Shown here: positions 51,457 to 62,160 of the stretch, piece by piece
How positions within the stretch are numbered: position 1 is the first letter of the stretch
Layout: each line of letters opens with the position of its first letter
NCBI GenBank assembly: GCA_024679065.1
Contig: JAGIQG010000009.1
Coordinates: 100,688,001 to 100,752,000 of the forward strand
DNA length: 64,000 bases
Reading direction: 5' to 3'
Source of the DNA: Sphyrna mokarran
Taxonomy: Eukaryota
Made by a program: the position numbers and the translations under genes
Notes under the pieces: generated by a model
What the model saw: only the letters and a program-made list of their open reading frames with translations
Database searches by the model: none
Told to the model about the DNA's origin: nothing

Positions 51457-52410
51457 TTACAGATAGTGTGTCATGAAGCCAAGATCCCTGTTAAGACCGT
51501 CCTCATGTGTGCGGAGCTTGGCTATCAGTCTCTGTTCAGCGACTCTGCGCTGTCGTGTATCACGAAAGCCCCCTTGAAGAACATTTACCCGCAGGTCGGA
51601 GGCCGAATGCCCATGACTGCTGAAGTGTTCGCCCACAGGAAGGGAACTGTTTTGCCTGGTGATTGTTGAGCGATGCTCATTCATCCGCTGTCGTAGTGTT
51701 TGCATGGTCTCCCCAATATACCATGCTTCGGGACATCCTTTCTTGCAACGTATTAGGTAGACAACGTTGGCCGAGTTGCAAGAGTATGTACCGTGCACCT
51801 GGTGAATGGTATCCTCACGTTTGATGATGTCGTCCATGTCTATGATCCGGCATGTCTTGCAGAGGTTGCTGTGGCAGGGTTGTGTGGTATTGTGGTCACT
51901 GTTCTCCTGAAGGTTGGGTAGTTTGCTGCGAACAATGATCTGTTTGAGGTTGTGCGGTTGTCTGAAAGCAAGAAGTGGGGGGGTGGGGATGGCCCTAGCG
52001 AGATGTTCATCGTCATCAATGATATGTTGAAGACTCCGGAGAAGATGTCGTAGCTTCTCCGCTCCGGGGAAGTACTGGACAACAAAGGGTACTCTGTCCA
52101 CCGTGTCCCGTGTTCGTCTTCTGAGGAGATCAGTGCGGTTTATCGTTGTGGCACGTTGGAACTGTCGATCGATGAGTCGAGCGCCATATCCTGTTCTCAC
52201 GAGTGCATCCTTCAGTGTCTGGAGGTGTCTGTCACGATCCTCCTCATCTGAGCAAATTCTGTGTATACGGAGGGCTTGTCCATAGGGAATGGCTTCTTTA
52301 ACGTGTCTAGGGTGGAAGCTGGAGAAGTGGAGCATTGTGAGGTTGTCTGTCGGTTTGCGGTACAGTGAGGTGCTGAGGTGACCGTCCTTGATGGAGATGC
52401 GTGTGTCCAA
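51457..52410 (-). CDS. PLE polyprotein fragment: RT C-terminus/thumb + Cys linker + GIY-YIG endonuclease (5'-truncated; frame extends to ~52424, SVAFLDT)
   Basis: FLD, LYRKPTD, SFHP, IPYGQALRIHRICS (PLE RT/thumb); PCHSNLCKTC; NVVYLIRC...WYIGET, LRQRMNEH, EQRLI, GLNRD (GIY-YIG). 317 codons without stops. The listed start is a TTG inside the RT, not a true initiator. Confidence 0.93.
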   Translation of the reverse strand: MDTRISIKDGHLSTSLYRKPTDNLTMLHFSSFHPRHVKEAIPYGQALRIHRICSDEEDRDRHLQTLKDALVRTGYGARLIDRQFQRATTINRTDLLRRRTRDTVDRVPFVVQYFPGAEKLRHLLRSLQHIIDDDEHLARAIPTPPLLAFRQPHNLKQIIVRSKLPNLQENSDHNTTQPCHSNLCKTCRIIDMDDIIKREDTIHQVHGTYSCNSANVVYLIRCKKGCPEAWYIGETMQTLRQRMNEHRSTITRQNSSLPVGEHFSSHGHSASDLRVNVLQGGFRDTRQRRVAEQRLIAKLRTHEDGLNRDLGFMTHYL

Positions 52411-52424
52411 GAATGCAACTGATT

Positions 52425-52651
52425 ATCCCCTTCACACACATTGTTAGCCACTTTAACACTTGAATAGCAGGTTAGATGTAAGGATTCGCATTCTAATCAG
52501 CAATCTCTGACTGTCTGTGCTGATGTGTGCTATTGCAGACCAGAACACTGCACTTGCCTGATGAAGACACGGGAGTGTTGAAAGCTCGCTTTTTTACTAT
52601 CAAATAAATCGGTTGGATTAATAATTGGTGTTGCTAAATTCTTACTGAGTT
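52425..52651 (+). repeat. Inverted pLTR copy, right arm
   Basis: Reverse complement of 51146-51372. Contains aataaa at ~52603. Confidence 0.95.
52556..52589 (+). ncRNA. Minimal hammerhead-ribozyme-like motif (second copy)
   Basis: CTGATGA 52558-52564, stem GACAC/GTGTT with GGGA loop, GAAA 52580-52583, TC 52586-52587. Confidence 0.6.
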
Positions 52652-53961
52652 GTTAAGTTGCATCATAAAATGTCTTGGGACTTTTTTTTTGTTTCTATTT
52701 GACAACATGTGAATAAAATAAATCACAATTAAGAGTATACCTAAGAGCTGTTTATAACTCGCATATTTATTTCCTGATCAAAGCAATATCTATTTAAATG
52801 TGCATATTATTCACTCTCTGATGTGCTCACTCACAACAGTACTCACTGGCAGAATTCATCTTCTCAGTCAACTCTAACCAGGTAATAATACAAAACAGAT
52901 AATATATTCGAATATGCATTTTCATTTTAACCATCATATAAACATTGAACAAATTTGAAATTTTGAAACTCCTAACTACTTTTTTAGGCAGCTAAATAAC
53001 TTTACCTTTTTCTCTCACAGCCAACTTCTCTTCTGAAAACAAGAACCCAATTCGTTTAGATGTTATGCACAATGACCAAAGCATTGTTAATGACTCAGGC
53101 TTTCAAATGATCCTCATTGCAACCGTAAAAACACGGTGCGATTAAAAACAATATGAAATCTTATCATTTGGTTATGTTGCAGATTTTTTTTTTTTACTTA
53201 TTATGACTGAATTGACATATCCGAATGCGTCTAATGGAAAGGGCTGGACATATTTTCAGATAACTCCCAGGAAATTGGACATTGGAGTCGTTATCTATGA
53301 TCAGAATTAGAAATACAACAGTCAGGATTTCATCTTCAAGGATTAACTTTACACAATCACTTATATCAAAATATTATCACAGTTAAATCTTTACGATTCG
53401 TAGCTTTGAAGCATTGTTCCAGGCAGATTTTTGAATAGATTTCTGCTCCCAACAACCGAAATATGCATTTGTTTTGATTTGCTTCCCCCTTTTTTTAAGT
53501 GATTGCCAACAACAGTTGCTTTGCCGCTTTCGAATTTTCATTAAAAAAAAACATACAAGCTCTTGATAGGACGAGCACAAAATGGTAACTTAATTTCGTA
53601 CACAACTTCGGGAAAGAAGTGCCGGTTTCTCGCCCGTACACTAACGATCGATTGAGAAAGCGATAATAAATAAGACATAACCCACAAAGGAAATAACAAT
53701 TGCTTCGCGTAGACGCAGAGTTCGCAACGAAATGCAGGCAAATATTTTTCCTCAGCATTTCGTAAGCGATACAAAATGCCTCTTAAATCACTTTTTAAGT
53801 GGATTCGACGTTCACGATGGAGTAGGTAGGCAGCGTGAAATCTGTTTAGTATGTGAGGGAAAGGATTTTCCAGTAAAATCAATGTAGAAGTTGTCAGTTA
53901 TCAAACTTAGACACAACGTTTTTTTTCTCTCTCTCTGAGGAACTGTTTTCAGAAAGATATT

Positions 53962-54078
53962 ATATCTCTTCACGCCAGCTTTCTAAAGAAAAACGTGCAC
54001 CCACCGCCTCAGTACCAGTACAATTGAATACAATAGCCATTAAGAATTAAACAGCTTTTGCCGTAGTTTTCACTTCGC
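53962..54078 (+). repeat. 117-bp direct repeat, copy 1
   Basis: Aligns without gaps to 54989-55105; 17 mismatches counted by hand (~85%). Confidence 0.9.
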
Positions 54079-54988
54079 AGGCCTTTAGCTTGCAGCTTGA
54101 TGGCCTCAATTCGAAAACTTATGGTTATTGTGTAATGATTTTTAATCAACAACATTTTTTTCTTAGTGCCTCCTCCGACAGAATCGGTGCATGTTTCTGG
54201 GAGACGGCCAGTTTTTTTTTGGGAGAAAAGGACACCGATTCAACCATTTTGGAAGTTGTTTGTCCAACTTTGAGAACGCAACACACTCCAACTTATTTAT
54301 ATTAAAAAAAAGTATATTTGAGGTTTACGCCCATGACAAATTAAAGAGAAAACGAATTCCAGGTTTAAGTCAATAGTCCATGACAGCTGTTGAGTTACAG
54401 GACAAACCGTCCATGGAAACGCTACTGGTGGAATATATTTCTTGGTTTTCCTTTAATGATTAATGCTATTATTATTGTTCTACGTTCTTATTAGTGCACG
54501 CTAATAATAAGGGACAATTATAACGTTAGTGGTAAGAAAAATATTTCCGAACGATTCTTGTTCTGGCGTTAAATAGATAATCCGATTCTGGCACATCGTC
54601 GCCGTACAGACTAATTTCATGTGACAACAACCAATGTTACTGGCGACACATCTGGGTAGATATGAAACATTTAAGCAACATTGCAACTTCGCATTTCGAA
54701 CCAAATAATTTCACTATTTTCACTTCATACATTCTAGCTTTGGAATGCCCGTTCATCATAAAATATTAAATGTCATGTCGATGTATCAGTGACTACACTT
54801 AACATGACTGATCAAAATATTACTGGATGAATTTTATCCCATGGAGTACGGATCAATTATGCGCAGTCACCTTTTTCTTTTAGCAACGTTGTTAGTATCT
54901 TTATTTCTGAAAAAAAAAACATTCACATCCAGCGATTGTCACGTTGGAATTTGAAACACATGGATTGTTGGTTTCTAAGCTAAATAAA

Positions 54989-55105
54989 ATATCTCTTCAC
55001 ACCGGCTTTCTAAAGAAAAACATGCATCCCCCATATCAGTACTGGTACATTTGAATATAATAGCGATTAAGAATTAAACGGATATTGCGGTAGTTTTCAC
55101 TTCGC
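54989..55105 (+). repeat. 117-bp direct repeat, copy 2
   Basis: See 53962-54078. Confidence 0.9.
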
Positions 55106-55699
55106 GGAATTACGAATGTTCTATCTACAAATATGGTTAAAATTGTGATGAAGAATTTGGTCACACGATATTTCAAATGTCAGGCATTAAATGGATTGTT
55201 GCTGTTAGGCAGTATCGGGAATTTTCATTAAAGTTTCGCTGATGCGTGGAGGTTAAGTATTGATAAAGAGTGACATCCGGATAGTTACGAAAAATGAGAG
55301 TGGGGCGGGGAATGGTTGGGGAGCACGTAGCTGGCGTAGAATTCGGTTAGACAATGGCAACTGAAAAATGTAACTGACCAAACTGCGGTTGTGGGCAGAT
55401 TCATGAACCATGAGATGTTGGTTACCCAAGATAAATTGGAAAGGTTAAATCTACTTTAAATTTCGGAACAGCTCTGCAATGGCGAGGGGTTAGCTCACTA
55501 AGCCACCATTCTGATTACTGATTTGCTCAATGACTCCCGATTAACCTGACTGCCACAAAGAATCTTATTCCATGCACAGGGTTCAACATCGAAACTTCAA
55601 CTGCTAATTTTGACCAGGTAACTGCAACCCATCCGCCACAGGTGCTATTACTTAATTATCCCCATAAGCACTCCTAGAACCAAATCATCAATCGTATGA

Positions 55700-56997
55700 A
55701 AACAACTGAAGTTTGCTATTATTGTTACGTATACTGGATTGCAATGAATCTTGTTTTTCTATTGACTTAGACAGAAAATACACACCGTCCAGAGTGCATA
55801 GAGGAGAAGGAAAGGAAAGGCTGACGAATGTATTGGTATATTTACAGCTCGGGTGTAGAGAAATATCATCTCAATAAAAGGAAGATCTATGCAAAAGTGT
55901 GATAGTAGCATGGATGAAGCGGTTCTGCAGCTGGTTGTTAGGTGATATTAGACTTTTGAATATATTTTCTCCAACGGAAGACGATGCAATTCGGTATGTA
56001 CGTGGAGTTCTGGACTGTTCTGGCTGCTTTTCTGAGGTAACGGAAAGTTTGCAAGGAGCCTGTAAGTGCGATGATGGGTTTTGTGCAACACTGCTCCCAA
56101 ACGTGCTGTAATAAATAAGTTAAGAATGTTTTCTGTTGATCGCCTGTAAATGTTGGTTATATTCAAAACTGACGTGCCAGATTCCTTTAGATTCCTGATA
56201 AAATGAGGGAGTCGTTATGCTTTCTTAAGGAAAACCTCAGTGTGCAGGGGCCAAGACAGGCTGAGGTAATCTGACAGTTAAAAAAAAACTTGAAGCTCTG
56301 GACCATTCCTACTTCATTCCCTTTGATTGAGATAATTATCTATCTTCCACTGTGTTTCCTGTAGTCGATAAATTTCTCCTTCGTTTTATTAATATTGAGG
56401 GAGAGATCACTGCTGTCGCAAGTCATTGATCTCCATCTTTTACTCCGCCTCATCATTGTTGAGATTCGATCCGCTCGGGTACCGTCATTAGGAAACTTAA
56501 CGTGGAGTTAAACTGGAGTTTGGCCACACGGTGCTTAAATAGTGCAGTAATGAGGCTAGGTAAACAAATGGTGCCCCACCGTGCGCCAGTGTTGAAGATA
56601 ATCGTGGACCAGTTGCCTTTGCCTATTCGTAGTGGTTTGCGGGTCACAAGTTCTAGGGTCCAGTCACAGAGGGTGAAGCACAGCCCATGGCCACGCACCT
56701 TGGACGTGAGTTTGAAGAAATAATAGTTTTTAACGCGAAACTGTTGTCTATGAAGAGGCTCTGAAATAATTGTCCTTGTTATACAGCTGCTGCAAGGACT
56801 AGTGTAGCATCATGTAGGTGGGTGCTGTTGTGTGCCTGTCAACGGCGATAGGTTTATGTAATTGATTCAGACAATCAAGGATGCCGGAGGTGATCCGTGC
56901 CATGAATAACTGTTAGAAGCATTTTGCAGTGATGGCTGTCAGAGTCACTGGGCGATAGTCATTAAGGCACGTTCCCTGGCTTTTCTTTGACACAAGG
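55700..56997 (-). mobile_element. 5'-truncated Rex1/Babar LINE (RT to 3' end), decayed
   Basis: Minus strand begins LVSKKSQGTCLNDYRPVTLTAITAKCF; later LCDWTLELVT, STIIFNTGA (LNTGAPQG-like). Confidence 0.88.
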
Positions 56998-56999
56998 TC

Positions 57000-57680
57000 C
57001 AAAGATTTCGATGATAGGAAGCTCATTACAGACCAATCCCCCACTATCGCCCAGAACAGTAGCTAACATTAACATTTTAGAACTAAATTCGTACATCCAA
57101 TAGATTCTCATGTGCTCATGAGATGCCTCAAGATAATCTCACTTATTTTCAAATACCCTTCCCACCTCCATACTGCACTTCCAGAGTTGAAAATGCTACC
57201 TTCAATCAGATATATTCCAAAGCATTAATTAATACCCAAACATCCAGCACCCTGCACATCAAATCACAAAAAGTGTCGGTTTCTTCTACTCCGCACATTC
57301 TGACTATCCGCCCAATTCCGCTTCATTTTTGAGAACAAAATATGTTCGATGCCCTAGAAATTAATCGTGCTGACATCCATAATCACGCTCGCAACCACCC
57401 AAACACTTATAACACTTTTGGACGGCCCTGTACTCGCGATGAAGGGTGCAAACCAGACGATACTGCTGACCGACAATTTATCTACCAGCTGCACTACCAT
57501 TCTCTATCTTACATTTGGCCCATATTACAAGCATCGTTTACAAGGCACCTCGAATCCGATTGACTATTTAATTGATCATGCCTTCGAGTTTCCTGACCCA
57601 TGCTATTCTATCTAACTGTCAAACGCATCTACGAAGCATCCCACTTTTCCTGTCCTACACTAAGCACCCCATCATAGTTC
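57000..57680 (+). other. Unclassified A/C-rich island with decayed ORF (candidate endogenous viral element)
   Basis: ORFs 57123-57332 and 57342-57563 share one frame (~146 codons, one internal stop). Starts where the Rex1 copy is truncated. Confidence 0.4.
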
Positions 57681-58290
57681 CATCCATGAGAGGGACTTCT
57701 ACAAGTTGTTAATTCTGTGTAGCTTGTCAGATTGTGACTGCACATAGGGACGCCAAACGTAGAGAAAATTGCAGCAACATTTGGAATTAACTTGTGTGAT
57801 TTAATCGTAGTCTCTGTATTGCGATCTTGTTTTTGTTTTGCAACAAAATAATCAAAACACTGACTGTTGTTAGAGATATCTGTTCAGTCACAATATACAA
57901 GGCTGTTTCACCTTGCAGACTAGGAAAATTAAATCCAGTGTTGAAATTGATGCAATTATTTTCTGGTGGAAGTTTGGCCCTTTGTTAAATTGAAATTAAA
58001 CGTCAACATATCGATCCATTCAGAATGGTCAGGTTATCTGTGATAAATTTATGTTCTTTTTGTTAAAGTTAATGACAGCATATTGAGTGTTGTTATATAG
58101 AGTAATAGATTCCACTCGAATTGTAATGGTGATTTTGCATAATATTTCCGAATACGTAGGTTTTCCTGAACTATGGTAGGAAATTAAATGAATAAGAGGA
58201 CCACTTCGGATGGAAAGAAAGAACGGACGGAATAGAAAAGACAGAGAGCATCGCATTTTCTTTTTCTCCCCAGTTACACGTTCTTCTTAC

Positions 58291-58311
58291 CATTTTCTTT
58301 CCTTTCGAAAC
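58291..58311 (-). other. Candidate 21-nt micro-exon
   Basis: Minus strand: atttcatttctgttgcag|GTTTCGAAAGGAAAGAAAATG|gtaaga. Consensus acceptor and donor, frame-preserving length. No transcript evidence. Confidence 0.3.
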
Positions 58312-58439
58312 CTGCAACAGAAATGAAATGATGCAGTTGTGAATATTATGAAGATGCACCCATTGCACAACAGTATTTATATCGTCTATTCGATTTATAA
58401 TATCAATTGTTGATCCTGTCATCAAATCAATTCATTTGA

Positions 58440-58715
58440 GAATAGAATTGAATCAGTTCATTGGGTCTTGTCGACACCAATCCCAATCATGTCATAAGGA
58501 TGTAACTGAAACATTTACCTGCAACACACCGTAACACTAAATATGCAAAGTAGCATGCCAACCAGTCCAAACCACAAAGGATTAGACTGTGGAAGGAAAT
58601 CGAAGAAAACTTAAAGTGGAGAAAATTTATATATGGACAGTAGCCCAAGATAATCTTTGAAGTTGGGTCTATTGCGCTGTAATGCGGCAATGCTAACCAC
58701 TATGCCACTTTGCCA
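58440..58715 (-). mobile_element. Decayed V-SINE-like SINE
   Basis: gcgctgtaatgcggcaatgctaaccactatgccac is the reverse complement of the SINE head; gactgtggaaggaaatcgaag core. Confidence 0.65.
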
Positions 58716-61034
58716 TACACAAATCCGCAACTAATACAAACTTTCTGGTTTGCTCTTTGCTGCAGAAAATAAATTGATTGGTACCACTCGTCTTCGAGTC
58801 CATGTATCGATTCGCCGCCAATAGGTCATTGCACTGACGATATCATTATCTAATTTGATCCCGGTTCGTCATCATATAATACTTATTTCCCTTCCTCTTT
58901 TCAGCTAAAAAAAAACTTTACCTCTGTCTATGGGCCACAGAGACAGACAAAGAACGTATTTCTTTTGAAAAGATAGGTCCAGTTCCTTACCACCTCGTGC
59001 ACCGAGGTCGAAAACCTGCCGCTGAAGAGATTGCTCGATGGACATAAGTACAGAAAACACAAAAATGAGAAGAGGAATCCTCATGTCTGCGCAATTTATT
59101 GGAAGAAATTACCGCTTGGTAATAATGATTGAATTGGCCTCCTTCTTTTGTTTCTGCAGTATGATTCAAATTAGTCGTTCCTGCTCTGAGACCGTTCAGA
59201 ATTTCATCACAAAACATCAACCTCGCCAAGTAAGATGAATAGAAATCAATTTCTAAAAACGGGTCCTGCAAATATGCTTCAGTAAGACTTTTTTGAAAAC
59301 ATTGTTGTATGATATCATGTTGGAACTGTAACGTTGACCTTGAAGCAACATTGTTGTTATGCATTCGTAATATTTCGATGGAATAATCCTTTACTTTTCC
59401 AGAAAGTTGGCATATGTATATTTCACATAAGCGTGTTGAAGTCAGAGTTCAAATTTCAAATGACAGTTTAGGGATTTTAATGCATGATTTAACATACTTA
59501 TTAATAATTGAAAAGGTCAAACGAGAAAAAAATATGCATAGTGAAAAATTAAGCATTAAGAAAAAAAAAATCCCCCCAAATATCTTAGGAACCATGTCAT
59601 GATTTTTTTTTCACTTAATACGCAGATAATCCAATAATTTTAGCAATAAGCCCTGTTGCTTTTATGAGAACATATCACAGAGTCGCACTGTCTTGATTTC
59701 TCTTTTTCTCGTCAGCTATACTCAAACACTATCAACTAATCCCAGCCTTGTGAAGTGAAACATCACGTTCATGCAGTGGCAGAAGTTTGCTTACATCGTC
59801 TTCTCCCATTCTTTTGCTGCAGGGAACATTATTCAGAATATCACTGAGCCAAATCTGGAATAGGTTCCAAAGCTTCTCTAGTATATTGTTCCGTTGTCCA
59901 AATCCCCTGAAACTGATATTACACTTAAAATTCGGCATAAAATAAATTTATGCAATATATTTTTCCCTGCACAGAAACAGAGGCCGATGCCAAGGCCAAT
60001 GTAATCATCTTCGTGAAGTGGTTTGGGAGAATGGTCTCAACCTAAACGTCTTGATTGTAAATGTCCTCGACTATCCTGCCACCTTCACAATACATGTAAC
60101 CCTGTTTACAAAATCCAAGGTACGTCTATGAGCAACCTTGGCGTCTGTTGGCATTAGCAGCAGACAGCGATGAAAATACTGACTTCAGTGAGCCGGCTCA
60201 CCTGCCCATCTCCTGAATAAGAAAGGCGGAATGCGACTCTTTGTTTACCTGGCGATATTGATGTCACCCAAATTTATGGCTCAGAAATGTTGCAGAGTTA
60301 CCACAAGCATTTTAAAAGTTTGAGAAGTTCAAGCAACACAATCTATGTTGCCCAATCGCAGAAAATATATCTGACGACCAGCATTATTGTTCAGAGTATT
60401 ATACCACGACACGAAGCGTTGACCATATTTGAACCGCTACTCGGTGGCCACGTCTCGCCTAAATATGACAGGAGGCTTCCGAAACAAATACGCTACTTGG
60501 AGCGTATGCACGGCTGGATGGGCGAGGGAGGGTGGGCGGCGGGGGTGGGGGTGCGGAAGCAGGGTTGATGAAAAGCTTCACTATCACACTCATCGATCTG
60601 AAGAAATTACAGCAATCTATTGTCAACTGCTAAACCCTGGGCCGACCCTAAGTCGGAGTATGGGAAAATAAAGTGGAAGGAGCACAGCATCTTCCGTTTA
60701 GTGGATGATACAAAGTTAAAGCAAACTCCGAATATTCAAATTATCGTGTTGTAAGCCAGAGAATGAGTCCGTGTTGTGCACCAAATACCATCGGATCCAA
60801 CGCCAGAGATAGAATTCGTGTGTTATACTTTTCAGCAACCTCGAACTGTTTTTGCTTAGTGTGGAAGCACATCACTGTGGATCCAAAGATTTGCCTAAAG
60901 GAAAAAAAGACAATTCACTTTTCAATTTAATAATTTTTGTAACTATGCGATATTCTGAATTACCGTTGTAAAATTTTGAATACGTTTTACCTCCCTTTCA
61001 AATTCAGCATTCAATAATTCATATATGTCTATAG

Positions 61035-61037
<3 letters not shown>

Positions 61038-61077
<40 letters not shown>
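61038..61077. repeat. (GT)n microsatellite
   Basis: Directly visible. Confidence 0.95.
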
Positions 61078-61078
<1 letters not shown>

Positions 61079-61859
61079 AAAAGAATTATCTAGGTAATTT
61101 CTCGAAGTATCGATGTTGCCTGTATTGAATCAATTGACTCGCTAGGTTATGATTTTCGTTATGTAGAAAATCAATCACTAAATTAATGATCTGTTTCTCC
61201 CTGTCGCTCACTCTCTTTCTGCCACAAACGGACCACACCTACAAAATTGCATTTCCAATAAGCATTCAACCAATATTTAAATACTACAAACTTTTCATCA
61301 CCCCTCCACTTTTTGAAATAAACTGTCATCATTTTGAACGTGGGTTCCTTTTCTCAATCCAATTAGCGTAATTTCCTGTGTAAACCTGTGAATATAAAGT
61401 TACCTAAATTGAAAACGAAAACACGTGCAAGCCTTTTAGCCAAAACGTGGCTATTTGTGCCTGCAGAATCTAAAGTTCCAACACAGTCAACATCGAAATC
61501 GACGGAAGGCTGAAGAAGAAGTAATAACATAGCATCCACAACATAATATGTTGGAGCAATAACTAACTTAAACTCATTTGATTCAATAGGTGCTGTTGTC
61601 GCAGTGCGCCGATCGTACAGTGAACTCGCAACAACCGTTCAAATATATTGCTGTTGTTAGCAAGATAGTCAATGGAGTAACCACAGTACCACAATTTGAA
61701 ATGAATTACGACAAAGAAGTCTAGAAATCTCGAAACATCTCATTTATTTATGTGAGGTACTTGAAATTAAACAAAGCTTTCGGTTCTCCATGCATTATAG
61801 CAGCATAGTGTACCGACAGTGCATAAGAATTGATTTGACCCACCCTCCCCCCACCCCCA

Positions 61860-62160
61860 CTCCGAGTCTGTACAGACTCTGTAAATGTGCACCAGACATA
61901 TGCCCAACACGATGCCCTAACTCCATAATACTGTAACATCACACATTGATAATGGCCCGTGTTCCCAATGTCTGCTTCCTAGACATGTGGTAGCACTTAT
62001 CTAACTAACGTTGGAGTGTATACGGAAATCGAACTACTGAAGGAACCCCAAGCAGACACGGGCATAAAATGCAAACTCCACAGTCACTCGAGACAGGAAG
62101 TGAACCTGAGACAATAGCACTGTGAGGGAGCTGTGCTAACAACTGTGACACTGTGTCACA
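61860..62160 (-). mobile_element. HE1/V-SINE-like SINE
   Basis: gcagacacgggcataaaatgcaaactccaca core and cactgtgagggagctgtgctaacaactgtgacactgtg head, in reverse complement. Confidence 0.8.

Larger units (their letters stand above)
51110..52651 (-). mobile_element. Young 5'-truncated Penelope-like element (PLE) with inverted terminal repeat copy
   Basis: Intact RT-C/GIY-YIG ORF, 227-bp inverted repeat with one mismatch, and flanking direct repeat ttgttaagttgc at 51098-51109 and 52650-52661. Confidence 0.95.
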
